DNA of 62,919 bases, the filler included, from Rhabdomonas costata (taxonomy: Eukaryota), in NCBI GenBank assembly GCA_019059605.1. It is 43 parts of 43 records of this genome, joined end to end, with 100 filler letters (N's around TTAATTAATTAA, not from the genome) between each part and the next. Parts side by side here need not be neighbours in the genome. Positions count along the whole stretch, not along the records: positions 10,056 to 11,428 come from JAHMHO010017894.1; positions 11,529 to 12,901 come from JAHMHO010017895.1; positions 13,002 to 14,373 come from JAHMHO010017896.1; positions 14,474 to 15,846 come from JAHMHO010017897.1; positions 15,947 to 17,320 come from JAHMHO010017898.1; positions 17,421 to 18,792 come from JAHMHO010017899.1; positions 18,893 to 20,264 come from JAHMHO010017900.1; positions 20,365 to 21,736 come from JAHMHO010017901.1; 35 more parts are not named here. One strand, given 5' to 3'. The position numbers were made by a program, and so were the translations under genes. Below, piece after piece: positions 11,190-23,098 of the stretch; within the stretch, counting starts at the first letter, position 1; each line of letters starts with the position of its first letter. The notes under the pieces are model-generated. The model was given only the letters and a program-made list of their open reading frames with translations, ran no database searches and was not told where the DNA came from.

Positions 11190-14100
11190 TGCTTAGATGA
11201 GCGTTATCAAAAGAAAATAAAGAAAAGCACAGACTTAACCAGGATGTTCTGGGGGATGGGGTGGTGATGAAACTGAACGGGAACGGCAGGGAAAAAAGCA
11301 CTGCGCACAGGGAAAGAGAAGTCTCCAAAAAGCTGGAGTTGCGTGGTAAGGCCTAAACTCCTTTAAAAATCACATACCTCTCAACTGGAACATTCTTAGA
11401 CGCTCAGCACAGTGAGGGTAAACAACACNNNNNNNNNNNNNNNNNNNNNNNNNNNNNNNNNNNNNNNNNNNNTTAATTAATTAANNNNNNNNNNNNNNNN
11501 NNNNNNNNNNNNNNNNNNNNNNNNNNNNGTGTTGGGTTTGTGTTCTTTGTTTGGTAACGAAGGCCTTTCTCGGGGCACTTCGCGTTTTTAACTGCACACG
11601 TATACGTGCGCGATTGGATGTGGTCGTGGTTGATTTCCGAACAATGCTCTTTTTTCTTTTGCTCAGAGTTGAAGAGAATAGTTTGCAGGTGGGGGAGGAG
11701 CGTACAGGACAGAAGTCATTTGTCTTTTGGTAGATGCTTCCATTATCCGGTTGTTTCCGGGCTCTTGCTGTTTGTTTGTGTTGTTCGTCCTCTGAGCCGA
11801 GTTACAGGGCTCACCCTTTGCCCAATTCTGCAAAGTAGCTGGTTTGACATCAAAACGTTTGCAGTTTGTATTGTACTGTCCCTAGCATTCTTCTGCGTTT
11901 CCTTTCCTTCGTTCCACGCCTTGTGGTAATCGCTAGCTTTGCAGTGCAAGCAATGTGGCTTTCGAACGCTGAATCACCCCTTCATCTTGCCTGGACCCCC
12001 ACCCTCTTATGAGTGGGAGCCAGTGGTGGTGGCTCTTATCAACATTCCTATTGTGAGTTTGTGGCACTGTGAAATACCTGCCCCAGTTTTTCTGTAGTAA
12101 GACAGGGTCGCTGCATCGCACAGGTTTGAGTGGGGGCGGGGCTGTGAAGTGGATGTTGTCCTTGCCCCAACAAAAGCATTTTTCAAGTGGACCCGAGTTG
12201 TGTGTGTACGCTTGTGGTGCCACCCAAAAACCCGGAAAAGGGTGGGCGAATCTGGGCGCGCTGTACAGAGAATCCAGCTGTGGGCACCATTTTTACTTTC
12301 CTACGATTCCGGCTGTTCAGTTGGATGGATGTTGATATGCCCATGTTATGGAGAAAGTCAACACCCGAACTTCGTTTTAAACATGATTCTGTCTCATCAG
12401 CGCCATTGGCGATCCTATTTCAGTCTCTTTTTAGACCTGTGAATACCGCGAGGTCTGGTATCAAAAAGCAATCCCAACCTTTTGTAACCATTTGTCGTGC
12501 GTTTTCAGACCCATGAGTTCCATGGAGTTTTGTCCCGAATGTCTTGGGCCGCGAAGCTCCGCACGGTGGCTCCGTTATCTTTCCGGAATTGCAATCGCCG
12601 TTCCAGTTTTCCATAGTGATCGCTACGCTCACGTCTGACCCATCCTCATATGTTCAGAGCTCATCTATAGGTCTTCTTTTTTTTGCTTCCGTTAACTTTC
12701 CGTTAATTTTCATAACACTGCTCTTTTTCCTGGGCTTCTTTTCCTTGCCCGAGTGACGACAACAACCCATGCTGTTGTAATGGAAAGACGACCGTGACCG
12801 CGTCCTCTCTGAGGAGTGTCCGATATGACGCGTGGTGTTTCTATTTCAATCCTTCTGTTCCATCCCTTTTTTTGGCAGTCCTTCTTGTTTCCAAAACATC
12901 ANNNNNNNNNNNNNNNNNNNNNNNNNNNNNNNNNNNNNNNNNNNNTTAATTAATTAANNNNNNNNNNNNNNNNNNNNNNNNNNNNNNNNNNNNNNNNNNN
13001 NTTTTTGGGGTAGCGAGACGTGCGTTTATAACGTAAGATTTGATGGACTCTGCCGAGCTCGCGTTTTGCTCCGCTTGAAGTTGGGTGAGAAGCCGAAATA
13101 AAGTGCAATAGCAAAAAGATACGGCTCTGATTATTGCGAGTTCCACCCTAAGCATGCGAGAAATGGGTCCTCCAATAGGTGGAGATTCGAGTGAAAAGGT
13201 GCTCACCTTCCTCACCACTACATCACTGAAACGGAGGAGGGTGTTTCGCTGTTGGTCGAAAGAGGAAGGGCCTCGATGGTCATGATACTGATGTGAAAGG
13301 GGACTATAGAGGCCTCTTTGATAGGTTTCCTTCAGTCGCAAAAAACGACGACATCAGGCTGGACACCCATCGAGCAAGAGCGACAGCTTGTGCCAAGAGA
13401 CCAGCGACGTCCTGCGGATTTCATTTTCTGATGGCTGTGTTGCACTACCGCAAACTTTTGGCGTGAAGACATTTCTTTCCGACCTTTGGGTCGATCCCCT
13501 GACACCTGAAACTGCAGAATTGTCTGCCACGTCCCTGCGCTGTACATGACCGCGTACCCCGTGCCGTGTGGTCATGCAAGAACAAACGTCTGTGTGGTTT
13601 TCAGTGCTACCTTTTACGATTATGATGATATTTGAAGGAATGCACACGAAGCAAGGAAGAAAAACGAGGTGCAATTAGGGCTTGTCACTCCATCCGAGCG
13701 AGCAGAATGCTGAGATAAGACCAAACTTCAACGTGTCAACAACGTGTCGGAATAAAAGTGAATATACATAGGAGTCCGTCTCTTGGGCCAAGTAGAAAAA
13801 GATCTCTCATGTTCGCGCTTGACGGTGCTAAACACGGGTAGAGCGTTCTTGCGTTCCTGCGTTCCTAGATTCCTCCACAAATGGCAAGTCGTGACAGGGC
13901 AAGGGAAGAATGCCGTCGAGATGGCTTCGGACTGAGCCGTATTCCAACCAAACACCAGTCCAAACACGTAGTAGTGTGGTGGAACTGGATGGATCAAGGG
14001 GGCACACGTCACTAGAATGCCTGTTTTCTGGTGGTGATGGGGGGGCTCTGATGCCGCGTATCACTGCACTGTCATGCAAAAAGGCAAGTTTCCTGGTCGA

Positions 14101-15981
14101 ATGCCAAAATGTTTCGAAGTGCGGAGGGAATGGGGCATCAAAAGAAACGGCGAAACGGACGTTCAGGAAAACTGTGCAACGGTTCACTTCCAATAATTTC
14201 GGAAATTGCTTCAATGCTGTTGTGGAGCGAACTGTACGTATCGGCAGCTTGGCTGTAGGTGTGTATGGGTGGGCAGTGTACAGGGAAAGAGAAAGTGAGG
14301 GTGTCCAACCTGAAGAATCCCTGCAGGCTACGAGCGAGACAGCCGAGGACTGTGCAAAATAATGAGAAAAAGANNNNNNNNNNNNNNNNNNNNNNNNNNN
14401 NNNNNNNNNNNNNNNNNTTAATTAATTAANNNNNNNNNNNNNNNNNNNNNNNNNNNNNNNNNNNNNNNNNNNNGGGGTTTGGGTCAAAAACCACGGCAAG
14501 ACCAAATTACTACCACACTCTCCTTTTTGATCGACTTAAAACAACCTTCCAACACTCTTTGACTCAAACTACTGGTAAATACTCTTGGGAGTCTCCAAAC
14601 TTCCATTTTTGCAGTTACAGTTCCTCCGTAAGTGAACTGTGTGCTCCATGAACGTGTTGTCGGTGCGGACTTCCACGCTTTCTACCTGATTTCCGGGAAA
14701 TACATCATGAGATGTACCGTGCCACTCCAAACTGTGAGTTGCCGTATCTCATGGAATCCAGCTCTATTTCTTCTGCTGGCGCGACAATAGCTTGGCTTCC
14801 AGTGTAAACTGAGACACGGAAAACTGAATGTTTCAGATTATCCAGTCTCCAAAAAATGTTGTACTCAAAAATGTAGTAACAGAACCTTGTCTTCAAGTAA
14901 GCTAAAAAGAATCCCAGTTATCAAATATCTGGGCGTCACACACTGTGCCTATGGCGTGCGGTCTTATCTAACCAAAAACAAAGGTGACTGATACCTGGTA
15001 AGGAAGACGCCGGTTCATCTTTTTCTTCTCCACGATGATTATCCACGGCAGGAAATTTTCTGGGTTACCATCGTATGGTGGGAACTCTGGGTCCCGTTAC
15101 TGCAATTTCCTCAGTGCTACTGTCTCTCGACCTGTACCATCTGGGTTCGTACTCTCTGTCAACTTGTGAAGAGCTCTTGTCATCACTTGTGTTGTCGCAA
15201 CCTGATTCTGATTCATCAATCGCAAGGCATCTACCAACTGCACCAACTAAACCGCCTTCCCATTTACAACCTCGCTTGCTCGCGCACCTGCGCTTCGCAC
15301 TTCTCCTGCGGACTCCTCCGCTTGCTGGGACTAATTCGTCGGTGGTGTGGTCTTCTGCCTCACCGCCTCGCTTCGCTAAACTCGGAGGGTTGACTTGGGG
15401 TGAAATGGGCCGCCTACGGGCCAGTAGCAATTCCAATGCTACTCTACCTCCAAATTGTCCACTAACTCCTTCCTCTTTGGCTTCCAAATGGAGCGGCTGC
15501 ACAACCACAGTCCCACCCCAAACGTCCACACATATTGTCCCGCGCAGAAACACACCAAACCACTTGCACTTCCGTAATATAAGAAAAAAGGGGCAACCCC
15601 TTGGATTCCTGGCGCTCACTCCTTTTTCGTCGGTGGGGTTTTCCTTCCTCGCTCCTCTCTCTGCTTTGCTTGATCTCCTTGACTGTAGGCGGCCTTGTTC
15701 TTGATGGGCTTCGTCGTCTCTCTGGCCTGCCGTCGTTCTCCTTCTAATCCTGCTGAAAACAAACTTCTACAAAACTCTCCTCTCCAACCTCGCTCGATGA
15801 AATGCTTTGATGCCCCCCACCTCTTGATCTCATCCGCTGTCTTCTCNNNNNNNNNNNNNNNNNNNNNNNNNNNNNNNNNNNNNNNNNNNNTTAATTAATT
15901 AANNNNNNNNNNNNNNNNNNNNNNNNNNNNNNNNNNNNNNNNNNNNGTGTTGGGTTTGTTTTGTGTTGTGTGTGATCGTAC

Positions 15982-16420
15982 AGATCCGGAGGCCAACAGA
16001 CGAGGATAGATGGGTGCTGCTGGTTGGCAAAACGGCTGCACACCACCGGTGTTAGCAGCGGCCCTGGAGTCGGACCATTTGGGCCCCCTACGGGCGAAAT
16101 CCGGACTATGAAGAACGCACACACGTATTGGTACCCACCAAACAAGTGGTTCCATACACTGGAACCGGCATAGGGATGCGCTTGTACACACGCACAGGGA
16201 CACCGCCCCATGTCGCTCGGGGCTTTACAATAATAACGTTGAACCCCCTCCCCCATACACATACACAAGAGAACAAAACGATCCCTCTTCCTCCTCTTGC
16301 CACTCAGCGGCATGTGCGCATGCCTGGTGATGCAATCCTTGTGCGCGGTGAGGTTGCGAGATAGCATCGACGTCAGGGAGTGGGCATGGTCCCGACGGTC
16401 CCTCGGGCCTCTGGGCTCCT
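15982..16420 (-). CDS. WD40-repeat protein fragment, 2 exons joined by a probable GC-AG intron
   Basis: Exon 16324..16420 ends RNLTAHKDCIT. Exon 15982..16105 continues S-PDF...PRLLASGS then a GT donor. Intron 16106..16323. Confidence 0.6.
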
Positions 16421-18027
16421 CTGCGCGCACGCAGCGATGAATGGAAGGTAGCAGTCAACGACCCACAAGTTCCAAGCAAAACAGGCAAATAACACAGATA
16501 AGGATGGGGGTCTTATACCTGTTCTTCCAGAGGCAGGCCCATCCTATTAAACCAAGAAAGTTTATCGAGAAGCGTGGCCTGGCAAGGGGTTTCGGGTTAG
16601 GGTACGGTGCGTGCAACGTGGAGTGTCACCTTTCTTGGTTACTCCGTCCATGTGCACCCCTCCCCCGAGATTCCCACGTTGTACTTGGGCTGGGTTAGGT
16701 GGTGATGTGCGCTTCCTAAGGTGTTTATATGGGGTTAGGTGGTGATGCACGTTATCCCAGTTGCACACATGATGCGGCATCTCCCAACCGCTGAACTGGC
16801 TGAGGAGAGGATAGAGCCGGGGGGGGGGCGTTGCCACGATTATGGGTGAGTCGAAGAAAAATGAGATTGGCTTTTCTTCTAACATGACATTGGACCCGCC
16901 GACATGGGGTCGGGGGAGGGGAGTGGCCGAGTTCGTTTTTGTCGGAGAGATGGACTGATCAAAAGAAGTGAGCCAATGGGTTGTACTGTAAGCCACAGAC
17001 GTGGAAAGCAGAGATCGGACACAAACCTACAAAAGCAACAAGCGTCGGTTCGGGCACCCGGCCAGTGTAATGGCACAGGCGGGGGAGGCGCGGCACGTAC
17101 AAAAAGAAAACAAGCACAATCATGAGGAGGAGGCAGTGGTGGAGGTAGTGGTGGTGGTGGCGGCGGCTCTCTCTCATTCTCTTTCACTCGCTCGCTATCT
17201 CGCTCGCTCGTAGGGCGAAGCAAGTAGCAGAGGGAGACCATATGTAAATCCAAATTTCACCATTTTGCACCAAGCAGAGAAGCATGTCGAGGCGGTCGCC
17301 CCCAACCAAACACACCCACCNNNNNNNNNNNNNNNNNNNNNNNNNNNNNNNNNNNNNNNNNNNNTTAATTAATTAANNNNNNNNNNNNNNNNNNNNNNNN
17401 NNNNNNNNNNNNNNNNNNNNCCAGAAGCCTCAACAGGACCGATTGGTTGGTGTATAGGTTTTCTCGTGTGTTTATGTGTGAGAAAGGCCATGCCAATGCT
17501 TATGAGGTTTCCCAACAACCACAATCGCAATACATGCACTTTGCGTGAATGCGTGTGCGAAAACCGTCAATTCAAGTTTCGCCACTGAACTCAAGCATAC
17601 ACCCCGAAGCAACCTATGGCCCCTGGCTCAGTCTGGCCCCTGAAAGTCGTGGTTGAAGTGGGGCGATAGAGTTGATTCCCCCATCACGCCTGGAAAGACC
17701 AGCGTTTGGATTATGGTTCGATTTCGGTGCCTAAGTCGATATCCGTACCAGTGTTTATTCTTCACACCCAGCTCAGTGCATTTGGGAGTTCCCGATTCTC
17801 ACGGTTAGGGCTCACGGATAGGGTCACTCGCAGGGACTGAGGCAAACGACACTGTTTGGGGGCAAACCCTGAGGGAAAACCCGAGTGAGATGACTATGTT
17901 GGTGGGGACAGACGCGCGTTGCGCACACAAGAGAGGTGGCAGTCGTTTAAAGAGGATCTCTCTCGGTGCTGTCTTAGGATGTCAGGCAGAAGAAGATTCG
18001 AAGTGAGGCCACTGAGTGACAACTACA

Positions 18028-18094
18028 CTTGGCGACCGCAGAGGGTAGGAGCTACCCGAAACGGCGGTTTAATGGGCCATTGAGGCGTTCCAAG
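18028..18094 (+). ncRNA. Degenerate type I hammerhead ribozyme-like motif
   Basis: CTTGG/CCAAG stem I, GA-GGGTAG-gag-CTACCC-GAAAC stem II and core, ACG/CGT-T stem III. The CUGANGA box is non-canonical (CGACCGCAGA). Confidence 0.3.
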
Positions 18095-18353
18095 ACTCTC
18101 CGCAGCAGAGGGGTGAGCCGCAATTATGAAGTTTAACCAACACCCAGTCTGTCAGCCTCAAGGGTTAGGGTTAGAAGCCACTACACACCACGCAAATGGA
18201 GCCGAAGCACGAGATTTTAAGCCGAAGTAATCCGAAGTACTACGCACTACCTCTCCGATTCCGGGGTGACACAAGAGAATTGGTTCACATCGGGAGACCA
18301 GCAAATCCTTCCGACAGATAGGGGCTGCCGGAAGATACCTGAACTGTATGTAT

Positions 18354-18493
18354 GCGCCTTTTCCCTTAAGCCTGGGACCCACAGGGCTGGCGGGAGCATC
18401 CTGGCCTATCTTGTGGTGAGCCGGTACCCCGCGGCACCTGATAGTGTTATAAGACCCCCGGGCGAGCACCCAGGCTGCGTGTGTCTTGACTAG
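18354..18493 (+). repeat. Diverged partial copy of the structured interspersed repeat (copy C)
   Basis: Shares GCCTGGGAC, GGTGAGCCGGYACCCC, TATARGACCC and GCGAGCACCCAGG...CTGCG..TCTT with 60879..61080. Confidence 0.75.
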
Positions 18494-21048
18494 TTCTTGG
18501 TTTGGGTGACAGGGACAGTGTATTCATCTGCAGATGTTTGTATATGTTTGTGCCCGAAAGAAAAAAGAAGGAGGAGAAGAGGAAGGGAAAGAAAAGGGAA
18601 AATGTCATTCGAGTACCACACCCACCCCACTAGATCCCGCACTGCTTTCTGATATCCCCATCGCACGCACAGGAGCACACACCGGCGCCTGGCGGCAGCG
18701 ACGATGCCCTGCACGGTGCGTCGGCCCAGGATGTGGCGGCGGGTCAGAGCGTGGCGGGCTCGCAGCGCGTTTCGCCGGAGCTCCCACAAACCNNNNNNNN
18801 NNNNNNNNNNNNNNNNNNNNNNNNNNNNNNNNNNNNTTAATTAATTAANNNNNNNNNNNNNNNNNNNNNNNNNNNNNNNNNNNNNNNNNNNNGAGCGTGT
18901 GGGTAGTTTGGTCTGTGAATGTAGCAAAAGTGACGGTGAGTTGAGTGTTTTTTGTGGTTTGGAGATCAAGGGTTGACTGAGAGCTGCGGTTTTGTGGTTC
19001 GGAGTTCAATGGTTGCCTTCACGAGCTTACTCAGCTTCTCACCTTTCTTTTTGCTCCTCGTGTTCACTTATATCACTAGCACTGTGTCGAATCAAGCTAT
19101 ATACTCCTTTATGTTTCAAAAATTATGATAAAAAAGGCGCTTGCATACACCCCCCAGAATTACAGCGTTTACATCACTTTTTACTGCAGCATTTCACAGT
19201 GCTGGCAATTGAAAGCACATTGGTTTGCTGTATTGCTGTTCTAACGTGCAGATTTTGATTTTCGGAGTGCTTTTCCACGCGCTCTAAACTGAAAAGCTGA
19301 TGAAAAACGCCACAGTAAAAAATAAAAACGAATTAATTGTCCCTGTGCTTCATAATGTGCCTGTACATTTAAATTGGTTGAGTTCTTCAAAAAGTGTTTT
19401 TGGAATATAAGCATTGGACAACAAAGTGGCATTTTACACAGCGCAGAAACCCACGCGCCTGGCAGCGGTGGTTAATACCCGCGGTTGGTGTCTCGCGTTT
19501 TTGAACTTCGAAGCTGAAATGAACGATTCGGTTGAGTATAACTGCAGGAGAGGAAGTGTCTATGCAATTGCGTGGCTGTGACTCTGGGCGTTGGTGGGTG
19601 TCTTCGTTATGTGCTCCGGGTTGTGGATGCAGCGGCGAAGCACGGGTTTACATAGTATCGCCTGCAGCCGTGCAGTTGTTCCTGTTATTGCATAATAGAT
19701 GTGATCGGTATTACATATTGGGTTCCGCGCCCGTGAGGACACAGTCACCAACAACCGAACATCCACCAGCAACATCCAGCTCGCAATGCGCCGATAAACA
19801 CAAAACCCCCTCTATCCTATCCAAGCAGTCTAGCAGTGGTGTGATCCATGGCGCATTAATTTCGGGGGAATTTCCTCGTGGGTTCATTTTTTTCTTTCTG
19901 TGGTATTATGTGGTGCTTGAGACGTAGAGAATTTTCACGTAACGCAGTGGAGTGTACAAGCGCGTAGCAGTATTAGTGGGTTCATCATCAGGTAGTTGAC
20001 CTACATCTCTTTCTTGATCCTTTGTAATCACCCTGATCCAAGCTGAAATTGGTCAGATTATTTCGGTCAAGACTGCGACTTAAAAGCCAATGGAACGAAA
20101 CGGATCTGCGCTACTACGGAATATGTCCGCCACGATGTCATTTATATAAAATTTTGTATGGTCTGATATGCCGTTGTTTCGGTTATTATTGTGAAAAATG
20201 GTACGAAATTATGAAGCCAAGCTTGTCATTTAATTTTTACTGAATCGGCATTATGGCAAAACAANNNNNNNNNNNNNNNNNNNNNNNNNNNNNNNNNNNN
20301 NNNNNNNNTTAATTAATTAANNNNNNNNNNNNNNNNNNNNNNNNNNNNNNNNNNNNNNNNNNNNGGGTGGGGGGGCCATGGTTCGAGTGAAGGTGTGCCG
20401 GTGGGTAGTGCGTGCGTGCGTGTTGCGTGTATGCGGGTGCGGAAAGACGCCAGCCGTGAACACCCCAATAAGAGCAGAGCGGGGAGGCGGAGGAGAGAAG
20501 AAGCCGAAACCGCGCAGGAGACGACGGGCGAGTGCTTGTGCAATGAGGAAGGAGAGACGACGAGAGAGATGAGGGAAGCAATCCTCGAAAGGAGTACCTG
20601 GTAGGGGCATTTCCGCACTTTAAGCCGGTGTCTTGGAGGGGAGGTGCTCTTGGTGCACCTAACACTGTGGCAAAGACATACCACATCGAATCAGGGTGCA
20701 GAGCTCTAAATGGTTGTTGATTTTTCACAGGGAGGATGGAAGGAAAAGGGTCCGGTCATGGGAGGGAAAGATGGAAAACGAATGGGGTCGGGGCGGTGGG
20801 TGAAGATGAAGGAAATGAGGGAATATGGCAGGGATTTGGCCGGGGACGACAGCAGGCGGAAAGACAAGGAAAGGGAAAGGCACCAAACGTGGTATGTTAG
20901 GAGTGCTGATGTGTACGGAGGCTGACAGGAAGCGGGAAAAGCAACGACGGAAGGCTGACGAAGGATGGACGAACACGAACCAAGTGGGAAAAAACACAAA
21001 ACCACTCGCAGGACGCAGTAACACTGAACACTAAACACGGGAGGGGGG

Positions 21049-21423
21049 ATGATCTCTCTCTCTCTCTCTCTTGGATTAACGGTTCTACCTGTCTCTGAGG
21101 GCGAGGGTCTTTTTTGCGGGGGTCTTTTTTGTGTACAGTTGACCTCCCAGAACGCTGAGTCGGCCTCGAAAAATATGATAACAAACGTGAAAGCAATTTG
21201 CTTTTCAGGTGTCCTGACTTTGAAGATTTATCCTCATACCGAGCATTGCGTGTACGATAAGGTGGAGAATGAGGGTTCCAAAGTTTTCGTGTCCTTTCAG
21301 GTGCGTTGTGGTTGTTGTTTCTTCCGCTCCGCTTGGAGCTTGGAGACGCGTTTGTCCGTGGTTCTGTACTGGTTCTCGTCAATTTAGGTTACTTCTGGAG
21401 GCTCCTTGGACATCGACGTTTCT
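21049..21423 (+). CDS. p24/emp24/GOLD-domain (TMED2-like) cargo receptor, 5' exons
   Basis: Exon 21209..21300 LTLKIYPHTEHCVYDKVENEGSKVFVSFQ splices GT-AG to 21388..21423 VTSGGSLDIDVS, giving the FQV..GG.LDID motif. Possible signal-peptide exon 21049..21106. Confidence 0.88.
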
Positions 21424-22155
21424 GTATGGACCCTGTCCACTGCAATGCAGTTTACTTCTTTATAAGCCGTGGAACCGTCCAACATGTCCGACAATACAAT
21501 TTTGAACAATTTTGTCATTTTGTGCCGGTGTTTGAATTGGTGGTGTAAGCCTTGGTATAGATGTGCCAGCTCCAAGTGCGTGAGTCAGTTGGCATCAGCT
21601 CACCGTGCCGTAAAGGTAATAATGTCGGCTCGGATGGAAAAAATTGACCGGATTAGTAATAATGAATCAACAACGGATTTTGTAGCGAAGAAAAATAATG
21701 GATCAGCCAAAAATGGATCAAGGCGGATGTCCCAAANNNNNNNNNNNNNNNNNNNNNNNNNNNNNNNNNNNNNNNNNNNNTTAATTAATTAANNNNNNNN
21801 NNNNNNNNNNNNNNNNNNNNNNNNNNNNNNNNNNNNGTTGGGTTGTGTAAAAAAAAACAATGTAGTCTGTTTACCTCGCTCCCCGCCGCCGCGGTGGATG
21901 TCGCTATGTGACTGTAGCCGGCCCTGAGCTATGGTTAGATTGGCCTGGGTAGCACTTACCCCTTTGGATCTTGTTTCATTCATGTTTGGTACATCCTCTG
22001 GTGGGTTACAGGCATGTCACCTGGAACTTTGAAACTCATTTCGAGAACTGTCTTGCGGGGTTAGGGTTGGGTTTTGGTTTTTTCTTTCTTATTTATGGTT
22101 TCTTTACTTCAAGAGCTTCAGTATGCCGCGATAGGTTTGCTGGGCCCCCTCGCAG

Positions 22156-23098
22156 GAAGCACTACCAAGGCGTGGTGCAGATGCACACCAACCTGCAGGT
22201 CATGTTCCCCAGCCTGCGCGTGGTGACAGCCCACAAGGAGAACGTTCCTGACCCAGGGCCCTGCGACCCCATCTTCAGCACTTGGGCCTCGCAGGTCGTC
22301 TGCCTTTCCCTAAGATAGGCCGCAGCAAATCCCACTCACCCTTGGGATCTACCTCCCTCCCCCAAACACGGCTCTTGTTTTCCGCGTTACCTCAAAAATC
22401 AGATCCGAAATAAAAAGAGCGCCCTCTAAATCGAGCATTTTCGGACCTTGGGAGCTAGGGGTAAACTGTATTGCACTGGTGGTTGGCTTCTTATCGGCTG
22501 TTCTTAGTGTGTTCCGGTGCCTCTTACCTGTCAGAGCGAATGTTGTGTCTTTGTTAGGGGGTGGGCGTTTTACGTTTATCCTAATCAATGTAAAAATTTC
22601 CCGTTCCCGTCACCGAAACTAATCATTTAATAATTCATCTGTGGGCCCAGTATATCTCACCCTATTTTTCTAAATATCCCCCCCGCTCGAATGATCCTAA
22701 AACTAAAGCTGATCACTTGGGCTGTTTGCTTGTGTTGACAGAAGACTCACAATTGGTTGCATTACTATTCTTTGGCGTTTTGGTTTCTGTCCCTTTGTGT
22801 CAAGTCCCATGCACTAACCGTTACACGACTTCTGGCTCTCGCTCCGACGCAGGGCTTTGACCTGGTAGTGGGATGCAGTTGGGGCTACCAGGAATGCATG
22901 ATTGACGTGGCAGCACAGTACCCCAACACCACCTTCGTTCATGTTGCGGGGTGGAAGACCGCGACTCCCAACTTTGGGGTGGGTAGCGGCCGGCTGTACC
23001 AGCCGATGTACTTGGCTGGGTACACCGCGGCGCTGGTCTCGCAGACCGGGGTGCTTGGAGTGCTGGCTCCTCAGTCAAACTTCGAAACTCACCGCGAG
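22156..23098 (+). CDS. BMP (basic membrane protein, periplasmic binding fold) domain, 2 exons, partial
   Basis: Exons 22156..22294 (KENVPD) and 22853..23098 (GFDLVVGCSWGYQECMIDVAAQYPNTTFVHVAG...RLYQPMYLAGYTAALVSQTGVLG). GT-AG intron with CACTAAC branch-like site at 22812. Confidence 0.88.

Noticed and set aside
13910-14362. Pogo/Fot1-like DDE transposase (VVELDGSRGHTSLE)
   Set aside because: Only a loose match to LxxDGHxSH, with no following QPLD motif or other support.
15400-15846. Decayed DIRS-like reverse transcriptase (KGV...PFFLILRK)
   Set aside because: No DL..LN or YxDD motifs visible; too weak to call.
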